64,000 nucleotides of DNA from Tubiluchus corallicola (taxonomy: Eukaryota > Animalia > Priapulida), in contig JAQGDQ010000084.1 of NCBI GenBank assembly GCA_030141605.1, positions 62,001 through 126,000 of the forward strand, written 5' to 3'. Position 1 is the stretch's first letter. Each line of letters opens with the position of its first letter. The position numbers and the translations under genes were made by a program. This document shows positions 36,088 through 48,500 of this stretch, in pieces. The notes under the pieces are model-generated. The model was not told the origin of the DNA, did not search any database, and saw only the letters and a list, made by a program, of their open reading frames with translations.

Positions 36088-39000
36088 CTAGCTGCTCTTT
36101 TGTTTTTCTTGCGTTTTCTGCACGAATTCTCTGTATTGCGCATCAGTACCAAAGATCCAATCCCACCAGAGGAACGAGGACGAGTAGTTCCCGACAAAGT
36201 TCATATGATGAAAGTCGTGAAATCGAGCCCCTGAAAATAGATTATTTTTGTAACATTTTTTGCATCAAAAAGAAAAAATCATTATCTTCATTTTCAAAAG
36301 ACAAAGGTAAAAACTCCCAAAAACTTGGAAAAAGCTTTTTTGGGTGTAAAAACAGAACACATAGTTAGCTGACAGGAACCAAAACGGCACACATCGCAAA
36401 CTACTTATCAAGAGGCTAAATCCTTAAACAGACATGGGCTGGCCATGAAAAAATTTGTTTCTGTCTTACCTCATGAGCTCAAAGGATGTCAGTATGAAGG
36501 GAGGAAAAAAATTTCTTTTAAATTTTTTTTAAAACTTTCTGAATGTTTAAAGCTAAATTAAGGAATATTTAAAATCAATTGAAATGAAAGTTTCTTCCCA
36601 GTGATTAGCAGTAAAGTTTCAAATTTTTTCAATGCACATTTTTTCACATTTTGTTTTTTAGTTTCACATGACAAAATTATGTTATAATTATCGATTAGTG
36701 CATAATCTCTTTTTTGTATCACGAACGTGTATGTTCTGACATATATGTGGTATCTCCACATAACTGTCAATGCCACTCAGCCGTTAATACACCGATTTTG
36801 TAGAAAATTCCATATTTTTTAGCTTCCAATACAATGAGCATCATCCAAAATGGCAACCCCGGCCATGAGTTATCCGTGGAAAAACATGGCCGTGTCCTGC
36901 CTTCCCTGAAAGACGATGCTATAATAATTATTGTGATTTACGTTTTAAATTGTATATATTTTATGACCGCGTCAAGCAAGTATATGAACGTACAAAAAAG
37001 TTATAAAATTCCTGGCCGGGTGTGCGATAAAAAATATTACCCGGGCGATTAGACGGAAATATTCCTTTGGGTTGAAATGTATTTCTTATTTCCGCTATAA
37101 ACAACGTAACTCGAAAGTCATTAAACTAAAATTAAATAGCGGAAAAGCAAATCCAGTAAGAGCATTTACCGGCGTATCCAGGTATAAGATGCATTGGATT
37201 TATCCACGGAATGTCATAACCTGAGTGAACGTCAATCGTTTCACACAAGCGGAAGAACACCCACACCCACATCATGAACACGTGATTACAAAATATCAAT
37301 ATGCCGGCGAAAAATCCAAAACCCAAAACTGCAAATAAAAAAATTAACAGGTTTATTAGAAGTAAATTACGAACAGAAGTAAATTACGAAGTACAGTTTT
37401 GATTTCTATCATGTACAAATTTTTCAGTTTCAGCAGGTTGATTTTAAGGCTTCTTTGCACCGGTCTAAAATCATAGGCATCGTTTATTAGACTCACGGTT
37501 AATAGAATCAGTTACCTAATTGACTCAATAATGTCTGGCATGGGCCGGTCCTATTCAAATGTGTCTAGTGATGAGAAACGATAGAAAAATTGCGATACAA
37601 TTTTGACAAACAATAAGGATTTGTGATACGATTTTGATAAATGATAAGGATTTACGATACAACTTCGATAAAGGATGAGGATTTGCGATATGATTTCGAT
37701 AAAGGATAAGGATTTGCGATACGATTTCGATAAAGGATAAGGATTTGCGATACGATTTCGATAAAGGATAAGGATTTGCGATACGATTTCGATAAACGAT
37801 AAAGATTTGCGATACAGTTTTGATAAACGATAAGAACTTGCAATATGATTTCAATAAACAATAAGGATTTGCAATACGAATTCGGTGTTGATAAGCGCTT
37901 TACAAAATTGTTTTACAAGCATTATACACACTGTATTACACAGTGCAAACTGCAAAGATTCATTTTATATAATTAATGCTACCGAGTTTGGAGTTAATAA
38001 CACGATAATATAAACTATTGTTTCCAATATGTTTATTATTGCCAAGGCCTACAAATTGCCGAAATGACACATCAATTTCAATGTAGATACTCCGATTGTA
38101 TAGATTTTTTGTGGTGATAATCATTTATTTTATCGATTTGATAATAGATAAAAAAATCGATTTTATACATACCACTGATTACGGACAGCATTATTACTAA
38201 AGAAATACCCCAAGCCTCCTAAAAGATTGGTGCTTGGAAGAATTACCTAACAATGCCAAGGAAGTCCAACATCTTTCTAATACTTTGTATGAAAAGGAAT
38301 ATTACATGCTTGCTTACCAACAGTTTCTATTGGATGTGCATATTCTGCCTGCATACCAAAAGGTGCCTGCAATATAGTATTATATATAAGAACACCAAGA
38401 GAGCTTTAACTAGTGTAATGCACAGATGGAGTTTCTATATATAGGATGTTACAATCCCTTTGACTGTAACCAAAACTGCAACCAAATAACGGGGCTGCAA
38501 ATTAGGCAAGTTATATGTGTCCTTGCAAGCCAAAACCATCCATAAGTCGACATAGTTAAAACTATGTTATGATTCTTCAAAGTAGAAAGCACCAAAAAAT
38601 TTGGTCAAAAATTGGTTTTTTATAAGGCTAAATATATTGGACTTTTATATTCTAAATGTTCAGAAAATATTAAAAATCTAATTTTACAACTCCTTAGCCA
38701 CTTCTCTTGGTAATAACTAGTAATGCAGATGTGAAAAACTCTTATTTTATAACTCCGATTGTAGCTCGTGGAAGCAGTAATTTTACTTCAGGTTTTTCTG
38801 TTGTCAAGCCAAGAACTTTGTCAGGAAAAGATGTCTACTGGTTGCTAAGTGTTTTTAGAAATGTGACAAAATATTTTCTCAAGATTAAGTTTTTCAGTGT
38901 GTAGCCTGCACCTCAACTTCAACGAGGATTATCTCAGCGTAGAATTAACATAGAGTGATGAACTTGGTATCAAAATGATCCTCATGAAATTGAGATTCAG

Positions 39001-42000
39001 GATATGTGAATATCTAGAAAAGCTTAATTACCTACTTATGAACGTTTTTGCTATGCTCTCATACATATGCGAACTGTATTTTTATGAACAGGAGTGCAAA
39101 TCACAACTTGACAAAATCCAAATAAAGAACGAGCCAGCTTGATGTCCATTAAGTCATTCTTTTCAAACGAAATCCCCCCCCCCAAACAAAAACTTACAGC
39201 ATAAGCATGGTGAACCTTGTGCACGTATTTATACAGCCGTTTATCGTGCATGAGTCGGTGGATAAAATAATGCCACGTGTCCTCAATAACGGCGCAAATG
39301 AAAATTTGACCAGCTAACACGTACCTGCAAACGAAGTGTACATTGAACAGGTGAACAAACACTCTAGTAAGTAAATAGTGCAATCTTTCGGAATAAAATG
39401 CAAAATTCTCTTATTAACACTCGAATGATTTAACACTCCTATATATCTGATTTTTTGAAGCCTTACACGCCCGATCACAATCTTATATCAATTAGTTTAT
39501 CGACACTCGGTGTACCGCGTTATAATCTAGTCACATATGGTTCTCATAGTTTTAGCACAGTGGCACGAAAATTACGGAATGATTTACCAATTCATGCGAT
39601 TTATCAAGTTCAAATCATTCCTTAAAACTTATTTTTATAAAGAAGCCTTTTTAGTTATTTTAGAGATTTAATAAGGACTTATGGATTTAATTACGGCTGA
39701 TTTTTATATACATGTATTATGATGTTGGTTTTACCTGTAATAGCCTATTGCGTATGTGCTCTTTATGTGTCAATATTTTATATATGTAAAATGCATTTGT
39801 CCATTTTTAATGTTAATGCATTTTAAATTATTTCAATAAATTATTATTATTAAATTTACCGGGCGGCACAAAAAAGCATGAAGATGTTACGATCATGATT
39901 ATGCATTTTAAATATTCAATAAATTATTATTACTAAATCTACCGGGTGGCACAAAAAAGTTGAAGACGTTACAATCATGGTATTGTAAAAATAAAATAAC
40001 AGAATCGCTTGCAAATTTTCCAAACCTGATGTTACAAACGCTTATATAGAGGGTGTTCGGAAAGTCACTGTGCATTTGTATATTTATTACGAGACATGTT
40101 TTAATATAAAATAATGGAGGTAAGTATGAATGACACATAAACAATGTTGAAAGTGAACCCCGTTGGCATTAATACAGGTTTGGGTCCTTGTTATTTTGAC
40201 TGGATCAAAAGCATATTGGGATCGAAAGTTGAAATATAAGAAAAACACGATTAGAAAAGTGCACAGTGACTTTCCGCACACCCTGTATAAACGCCAAAAT
40301 TTTTCGGTCATACCCGTAGATTCTTCCAAAGATACAGTAGTTTGAAAACAGCAAGTCAAAAATAATAAATGCCGTAAAAATTTTGTGTTAAAATTTACAG
40401 CAAGTGTTCTATGCGTCCACCATTTTCACTGAATACTAGATGAAGGCTCTTCTCACACCAGCTGACACCGTTTCTTACTTTTCTAAGGGAGAAATTTTGT
40501 ACCTAGCACTCCATTTTTGCCTTTAGTTCTTCTTCCTGTAGTTATGGCCGTCGTCCACTTTCTCTTTAAGGGAATTCCAGATATGGCAGTCCAGAGGATT
40601 AAGTCCCATAACGAATACCATTTTTCTTAGCAACAAATCTTTATCAATGCTTTATTTTCTGGAGTGACGGCCATGATGTAAACTGACTAACTTCTTTCTC
40701 ACCAATAACTTAAAACTACCAAAACTATAAACTTGTGAAATTTAAACTTTGTAGAGCAATTGATTCTAACATTATGGTAGTCTAAATTTTGGTACATTTT
40801 TACTGTGCCACCCAATACAAATCATAGTTTTAGCACAATGATATTAAAATGTTACCATCTTGGCATTGAGTCGTAGTCGTACGGAATTCCGAAATATTCT
40901 GTAAAGTAGTAAGTTCCACCAATCATTGGTGCCTAAAAACAAACAATAAGTTCTACCAATCACTGGTGCCTAAAAACAAACAATAAGTTCCACCAATCAT
41001 TTGTGTCTAAAAACAAACAATAAGTTCCACCAATCATTTGTGTCTAAAAACAAACAACTTCCAAAAATCATTGGTGCCTAAAAAACAAACAATGTGTGAT
41101 GAAATACCCCAATGACACCAGAGAAAGCAAGACCAATGTGTATGTGCAGTGATTTGTGCTTTTCTCTTGCGAAGTAACTTCTACAAAACGTGCCTTTTTT
41201 GCAGTGATGTCAGTCTCGTTCTTGTCAGTTGTTGTTATTCATTGGATAAGCTCTTAGCCACGTTTTATACGTGATGTAACAATACACATAGCTCCATATT
41301 CCAGAGTTTTACGATAAAGCGATGTCATAGCAACAACAAGCAGCACTCTAAATGACATATTCACCAAGAAATGAATTCTACGACAACAACAAATTCCACA
41401 TGACACATCCAGGCAGTTAGGCAATAAACTTAGTAAGCAAATAACCAAATGCTTCACATTCTGGATTAGTTATAATAGTCAATAAACGTAATAAAAATAA
41501 TAATAATAATAGTGATGATGATGATACAATGTCACTGTTTCTCAAGACAAATAGAAGTAATCTGTATAGATAAAAAATTATTATGCAAACAAGTATTTTA
41601 TTCTTCGACTGTTTACAAAAAACAACTCATGAAAGTCTTACAAAAGAACGTCATTAGAATGAATATATTAAAGGCTACTGATGCAACCTTTTCTTATATT
41701 TGTAAATTAGAGACAAAATCGCTGTATCAATAGCAAAATAACTTACATCAACAAAGAACATATATAACCAAGATCAAAAGAGCATAGATTCGCAACAACA
41801 CAGATAAAACAACAGGAAAAACCAGGAAGCAGTCATGATGTTAGAAATGATCTATCAGTGTTTGTTCACTTATTGCGGGTGTTCCTTTCCAGGCCCACCC
41901 GCGATAAGTGAATTATCGCGAAGTAGGGATGCTATATTCATTTTAGTAGTTATACATTATGTTATGCCTTTATAAACCCTCCCCACACTCTTATACATAA

Positions 42001-44646
42001 CCCTTTCCCATTCCCTTATGCAAAATTCATCAAATCTATACAGTACTGTACAATATGTACTACGCATGTGCAAAAATACTTTAGACAGAGTACCGCAAAA
42101 ACAGCGAACATACCGCGATAAACGAACCACGAAGTAGCGAGGGAACACTGTACATACTAAAGCATTTATTTTGTAAATGCTAAAAATTGCCCTACACTAT
42201 AGCATAATTATTGAAAGAAATACGTTGGTACAGTTAATAATACAAATATTTCAGCAATGATTTTAAATTTTTAATGCTAAAAAACACTATATATAATTTA
42301 CCTGAATACAGAAATGGCTGAAAAGCAACTGCTTGACACAGTCCCACTGCCGTTCTTCGGGTTTATTCTGAAAGAGAACACGTGCAGTATAATGCGAGGT
42401 CCAAAATTTAGTTTTGTTCACGCTTCAAACAGCTGCCCAAAGATTTCTGTACTGTAGATTTTTCAGTGTTAAACAAAAATGTGTTTACTTTTACTTAAGT
42501 ACTTACTCATGTAACAAGATGTTAAGGTGTTGCAACCGTAAGTCATGTAAGTCTACAGTAAACTCTGTCTAACTCAAAATCGCACAACTCAAAGAATTTC
42601 AGCAGAATGGATGAAATCCTTTGTTTTCCCCACAAAAAATCGCTTAACTCAAAATTATGTCTAACTCAGACAAGAAACTACGATCCATTTAATCAAAATA
42701 CGTTTAATTTATTACGCCCAACTCAAAAATGCAATTTATACTGTAGAAAAATAAAAAGTTTCTTAGAACTCAAAAACAGTATCGTCTTCTGGGAAAATTC
42801 TGATGTCTTACAAGTCGCCCCCTCCCCGATTATTTTCTCTGGAATTGGTCCTTCCGTGTTGTGTACGTGTTCTTTTGTAACATAAAAAAATCGTGTTTCA
42901 CTACATAATTTGTTATTCTTTATGTAAATGTCATCAAATATCATCGTTTATGTATAGAAAGGTTGACTTTCTGCCTTGTATTTAGCTCACCATCTGGAGG
43001 ATAGGTTTAAAGTCTCTATGCTGCAGTATGGTCAACGTTGCTAACTCAAAGTTTTTTCGGTCCGATTGGATTTGAGTTATGCAAAGTTTAGTGTAGTTTA
43101 ACATCAAATCTCGTCGTTTGTGTATAGAAGAGTTGACTTTCTGCCTTCTATTTAGCTCACCATCTGGAGGAGAAAAGTTTAGAGTTTCTATGCTGGACAA
43201 TGGTCAACATCACCTAAATCAGAGTTTTTTTCGGTCCGGTTGGATTTTAGTTATGCAGAGCTTACTGTATAGACTGTAACAGTATGAAAAACAGCGTTTG
43301 TGTGAGTATTTTTAATTTGCGACCGAACGTATTGCAATTTAGAACGTGGCATAATAAGTGAGTTGTACAATTCGGTCAACCATTAAATGTGCCCACATAC
43401 AGTTCCAGTACTAAGAATTTTCGTTTCATTTTCTGTCAAATAACAACCTGTTAACTTCTAAAACATTTCTACACAGATGTGCACTGAATACAGACAAATA
43501 TGAAACTTACTGGTTGTATTTTGAAGCGTTTGAAGAAGGGCATGAATTGATATAAGAATCCAGGTAAGCAAATTAGTATGTACAGAACCTGTAACAAAAT
43601 AGAAAATAGACTCTACATTCGGAAGTAACAGCAAGCATGCATTTGATTAAGTTAGACAATGTTAATTTATGTACTTTATGCATTTGGTAAGACCCAGACT
43701 TTGCCGAGTTCCCAACTAGGGTTGCCACCACTCCTGATTTGGTCTGGAGTCTCCTGAAATTCAGCCATGCATTCGTAGTTCGGTCAGATATTTGAAAAAT
43801 GCTGAAATCTCCTTATTTTGATCATCACATTGAAATTTAAGTGCAAAAAAGGAAACACAACTTAAATGCTATTAAAACTTTGCAAAAGATTAAGCCAAAA
43901 AACAGTTGAGTCTTTGTTAATTAAGGTAACAGTAAACTTATCAAATCAAGTTTAATCGGTTGCATGGCTTCATCATTTCGCCCCTTCTACATTTTTCACC
44001 AATTTTTGCTGCAGCGGTAAATGCTGCAATGCAAGTATTCTTTCGCTTTCGCTTTAATTCACATAAGTGATTTAATTCACATAATATAAAAAGTGCTTAA
44101 TAATTTGATTGCTAAACCGATCACAGAAAGCACAGAAAACGTGAGAAATGTGACTGGGAAGAAACTCCAAAAATTGATCTACACTCCTTGTACGTTTGCA
44201 AGGAGAACAAACGTCTCGGACCCCACTGGGGGGGGGGAGCTTACAAGCCCCCCTCCCTTAACTAGCCATTAATTCTTGACTCGTGTTCATGACGAGGTGG
44301 CAACCCTAGTTGCAACACGATGCAATAAGTAATCCAAGCACAGTTAATTATGACTTAATTATGACAACTTTTTATAAACGCTGTAATTAAACTATAATTA
44401 ATTCAGCGCTAATTATTGCAACACACAGCTAAGTAACTTATTGGCAATCACATCGCTAGCTGAACTGAAAGATTGCTGTATCTTCACCTCGTGTACAATT
44501 ATCGAACCGTAGAAAGCTATTTGCCATTTCGTGTACGATGCAGTCATGTACCTCCAGTAGTCTTCAAATGCTCCTGACAACGGGTTACCAGGTAAATAAT
44601 CGGTAACAGTTTCAACGGAATTGATCACAACACGCGATTCGTTCAT
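36088..44646 (-). CDS. MSMO1: Methylsterol monooxygenase 1 (sterol C4-methyl oxidase, ERG25/SC4MOL), complete, 285 aa. complement(join(36088..36230,37170..37328,38318..38366,39198..39324,40856..40932,42302..42367,43511..43588,44488..44646))
   Basis: Eight phase-consistent GT-AG exons. His boxes HRLMH, HKVHH and FHDFHH are present, with motifs [31 protein letters not shown] and [16 protein letters not shown], colinear with vertebrate MSMO1. Confidence 0.94.
37585..37880. repeat. 31-bp tandem repeat, ~9 copies
   Basis: Unit GATTTGCGATACGATTTCGATAAAGGATAAG. Confidence 0.92.
38517..39064 (+). mobile_element. MITE family A copy with ATAT target-site duplication
   Basis: Same family; ATAT at 38513-38516 and 39065-39068. 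Confidence 0.85.
39440..39852 (+). mobile_element. L2/CR1-group LINE 3' end relic
   Basis: Translation [20 protein letters not shown]...[14 protein letters not shown] resembles the YG.RAFS..AP.LWN.LP...FK..LKT.LF ORF2 tail; followed by AATAAA(TTA)n. Confidence 0.65.
40046..40287 (-). mobile_element. Internally deleted Tc1/mariner element
   Basis: TIR AGGGTGTTCGGAAAGTCACTGTGCA / TGCACAGTGACTTTCCGCACACCCTG with TA flanks; retains a transposase tail [13 protein letters not shown]. Confidence 0.78.
40395..40680 (-). mobile_element. Tc1/mariner transposase remnant with N- and C-terminal ends joined by a deletion
   Basis: Minus strand: [14 protein letters not shown]..., then (D)[16 protein letters not shown] and [10 protein letters not shown], with frameshifts. 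Confidence 0.65.
40911..41093 (-). repeat. 37-bp tandem repeat x5 made of the MSMO1 intron-3 acceptor plus the first 22 nt of exon 4
   Basis: Minus-strand unit ATTGTTTGTTTTTAG|GCACCAATGATTGGTGGAACTT. Confidence 0.93.
41856..42150 (+). mobile_element. Tigger/pogo-like MITE, family of 7105-7431
   Basis: Shared body and GAAGTAGCGAGGGAACACTG|TA end. Confidence 0.8.
42556..43267. mobile_element. Tigger/pogo-like MITE with a duplicated right end
   Basis: TA|CAGTAAACTCTGTCTAACTCAAAATC...GATTTTAGTTATGCAGAGCTTACTG|TA; internal ~170-bp duplication. Confidence 0.8.
43717..44308. mobile_element. hAT-like MITE
   Basis: TAGGGTTGCCACC...GGTGGCAACCCTA, a perfect 13-bp TIR. Confidence 0.82.
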
Positions 44647-44719
44647 CTTCTATGCACAAACTGCACAAAACAACGGCTAACAGAGGCTGAGGTTTTCACA
44701 AAATCAATGACAATTTCCT

Positions 44720-44925
44720 ACAACCGGTGTAGCCAGTGCAAAACGTGCTTCTGTTACGCTCAGTAATCACAAAATCAGCTGATGGCTCGCCTGATGAGAG
44801 GTCTGACAGGGATGACCGCGGGACGGCAATCACGCGTGAACCGATCGGGATAATCAAGCTGATCGCTCGAGTGATAATTTTCAATTCAATTTTATTTGCA
44901 CAAATACATGCAGTGTACATTGGCA
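44720..44925 (-). promoter_or_regulatory. Putative MSMO1 promoter: CpG-rich patch with SRE/E-box-like motifs and a CCAAT box
   Basis: ATCAGCTGAT (44774), CTCGCCTGAT (44786), ATCACGCGTGA (44829), CTCGAGTGAT (44866) and ATTGG (44919) lie 130-280 bp upstream of the ATG. Function is inferred. Confidence 0.5.
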
Positions 44926-45589
44926 ACGTAATATGATATACAAGACAAATATTATATAAACTGAAAAAAATAATTCACAATAGGCTTTATGCAAAGTTAT
45001 TTTTATAGACAAATATTAAGATATAGTATATTGATTCAAAAATCATAGTTAAATATTGTATAATTCAGTAATGAGAAATGAGTGGTAATGGTTCCAGCTT
45101 TTCAAATGAAAGATTATAAACAATAAAATAATGAGAGTTGAAAATAACTGTCGTTAGAGTCTGCTGATAAGATGTCTGATGGGGATGATTGCGGGAAAGC
45201 AACCATGTGTGAACAGATGGGGATAATCAAGCTGCTAAAGAAATGTACTAAAAATGGCATCTGATACATTAAACTAGTTTTTTCTCCCACAGACTTTCCG
45301 TTCCGTATTTCCAAAACACTACTGCTTCCAAAATGTACAGAAATAATAGTTGGTAATATAAAGATTCTTCGCTCAGATTTGCACATTTTTAACTTGATTC
45401 ATCCCTCTTACATGATGTCGTTAGCAGTTACTGTCAGAGCATGACAACATCTTAAGAGAATGTTATTTCAAAGGACTCTCAAAATGTGCAGCGAACAGAC
45501 ATGACGAATCTTGTATTCAAAGCAAGACAACCAATGACGAAGCTGCCAAGGCTGACAATTATATATGTCGTACTGAGAATAAGGAAGAA

Positions 45590-48500
45590 AAGACTGCTCT
45601 ACCAGTTGTCTTAGTAATTTTTTTGGTGTACCTAACTCAACAAAGATAGTTAATTCTTATGCGCTTCTTGATCCTGGGAGTACACGGACCTTTGCTTCCA
45701 TGGATCTCGTAAAAGAAATTTGATTTGACTGGTCAGAAAGGAAGTTTACTTGTGTCTACCTTGTCAGGAGAATCTCATGAAGATATCACAAAAGTAAGTT
45801 TGCAGGTTCAATCCACTGGAGGAAAAAATAAGCAACTGATTAGCCTGGATACAGTCTACGCTTTAGAACAGTTTCCTTCTTTAAGAGATAATTTTATCTC
45901 AAGTTCTGATCTGACTAGCTGGAAACATTTACAAGGATTTCCATTTGCTAGTGTGAGACCTGGTGAAGATGTTGAACTCATTATAGGTCAAGATTGTGCA
46001 TAAGCATTCATACCTTTGCAAGTGAAACGAGGCAGGTTTTGGCAGCCATATGCTATAAGAACACCATTAGGATGGACGTTTCATGGCAGTGTTGGTAGTG
46101 CTGAACAAGAAAATGCCATGGTTAACATGATCACACATCTACTTTCAGTTTAGAGGGATATGTGCGAAAATTCTGGGAGATTGACAAATATGGCACAACT
46201 GACGAAATTCCAGTGTCTGTAGAAGATAGACAGGTGTTGAAGTTGTGGGACCGAGCTTTGGAAAATCAACATTACAGGATGGACATTCCCTTCAAGAAGG
46301 TGCCACCAGACTTTCCAGACACCCTGCCTGTAGCACAAAGGCGGCTTCAGTTTCTCAAAGTCCGTTTGAAGAAGAATCCATCTCTGCATGAGCAATATAT
46401 GAAGGGTATGGAAGACTTATTGATGCGCGGCTATGCTGAACTTGTCGACAGCTGGGATGGTGTAAAAGGGTGCACTTGATATTTGCCCATCACGGCGTTC
46501 TTAACCCCAACAAGCCAAAGTTGAGGATTGTTTCTGTTGTATGGTGGTTGAAGGCATCTCTTTAAACATGAACGTTTTACATGGTCCAAATCTGACGGAG
46601 CAAGTTGCTGGGAGTTTTGATACGGTTCAGAGAAGATCAGGTTGCTGTCATGGGATGATATTGAAGGGAAGTGCTAGTGTCACCTGATCATAGAGATTCT
46701 CACAGGTTTTTATGGTTCCCACAAGGCAACCATGAGGAGGATCCCAATGCCTTTCAGAATCACACGCCACTTGTTTGGCGGATGTTGGAGTCCCGCTGCT
46801 GTGACTTACGCTCTTCAGAGAACAGCTACTGATAAAGCAAGCTTCTTCCCGGCTGAAATTGTTGATTCTCTTATGCGAGATTTTTACGTGGATGACTCTC
46901 TCCTCTCGTTTAAATTGATCTCAGTAGCTGTTGACTTTGTGGCTAGTCTTAGTGTACTGTTGGTGAGAGTTAGTTTTCAAATAACATGGAATCCGTTGCT
47001 GAGGAAGATCATGCAGGAACTATGAAAAATTTAGATTTTTTGAAGGAGGGATGCCCGTTGAGACAGCATTTGGCCTTCAGTGGAATATCGAGACTGACCA
47101 ACTATGTATAGAGGTTAATGATTGCAAAAAAGCTTATGAAAAGAGAGATCTGTTGAGTGCTCTAAGTTCAGTTTATGACCCATTCAGATTGGTTTGTCCA
47201 GTGATCCTGATAATGGCAAAATCCATGCTGGCTCCTATAAGAGGACAGACAATTCTACGCCTAGAATCATGCCGTGGCAGCAGTTCAATTGGATAAAACC
47301 ATAAAGGAAGAATTTAGACTGCTGTCAATGAAATGCTGTACTGGAAGGACACCATGGATGTGCTAAAATACATATTGAATGAAAATAGAAGATTCAAGGC
47401 CAACCGTGTCAGACTTTTTTCATGAGATATCTGATCCCAAACAATGGCATAATGTCAGCAGTAGTGAAAACCCAGCTGATCATGCTTCAACAGTTGCAGC
47501 TAAAAAATTCTTAAGCCTTACCCAATGGTTGACAGGACCAAAATTTCTTATGATGTCTCCAGAAGCACTGGGACAAAACAACGAGTGAAATCAAGGATAT
47601 AACAGAAGAGATGGAATGCAAACAAGACGATAGATTGAGAGCAAAAGTCTTTGCAACTCATCATGGTATAAATTGAAGAAGGCAGTAGCTAGGCTCATCA
47701 GATGCAAGAAGTTACTGTCAAATACTGTGAAGCATCGAGAGAAAACCAATGTTCCAACAGGTAGTTTGTCTGGTGAAGAACTGAAAAGAGCTGAATTAAA
47801 CTGTTCCAATATGTTCAAGGAAGTCACTTCAAAGATGAAAGGACTACTCTTCAATGGAATTTAAAGGTCAATAAAGGACCAAAATCCCAAAAGATAGCAA
47901 GCTAAAAGCCTTGGATCCTGTACTATCTTCAGAGGACGTAATCTGCATAGGAGGACGAATTGAAGGCAAGCATCAAATTATCTTACCCCGTGAGGATCAC
48001 ATAGTAGACCTGATACTTATGGAGCTGCATGAAAATGCAGGCCATTGCAGTCGTGAATACTTAATTGCCCTAGCAAGAGAAAAGTACTGGATAATAAAGG
48101 CCAGACCAAAAGTCAGGAATATAATTTCAGACTGCACTGTTTGTAGACGCCGAGATGCCAAGCCTAACTGTCAAAGAATGTCTCCATTGCCAAGTGATCG
48201 AGTAGATCCAGGAAATCTGCCCTTTTTCAACACCGGCTAGGTTGTTTTGGGCCCTTTGTCGTAAAAAGAGCTCACTCACATGTCAAACGATACGGCTGTC
48301 TCTTTACGTGTATGCCCACTCGGGCAGTTCACATTGAAATACTGCACTAGATGAACACTAGGAGCTTCATCAATGCTTTGGTGAGATTTATCAGTCGTCG
48401 CGGACACCCATGTTCAAGTAAATGTGACAACGGTACAAACTTTGTAGGATCAGAGAGAGAACTTAGAACAGCCATGAAAGAGCTTGACCAAGAGAAAATA

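Noticed and set aside
36430-36900. Repeat shared with ~53990-54310
   Set aside because: The homology is real, but I could not define termini or a TSD, so it is not classified.
32108-37861. Repetitive-peptide ORFs (32108, 32311, 35342-36003, 37555-37861)
   Set aside because: By-products of tandem repeats, with no splice or homology support.
37329-39197. Apparent missing AEYAHP segment, suggesting an MSMO1 pseudogene
   Set aside because: Found as a 49-nt exon at 38318-38366 with correct phases.
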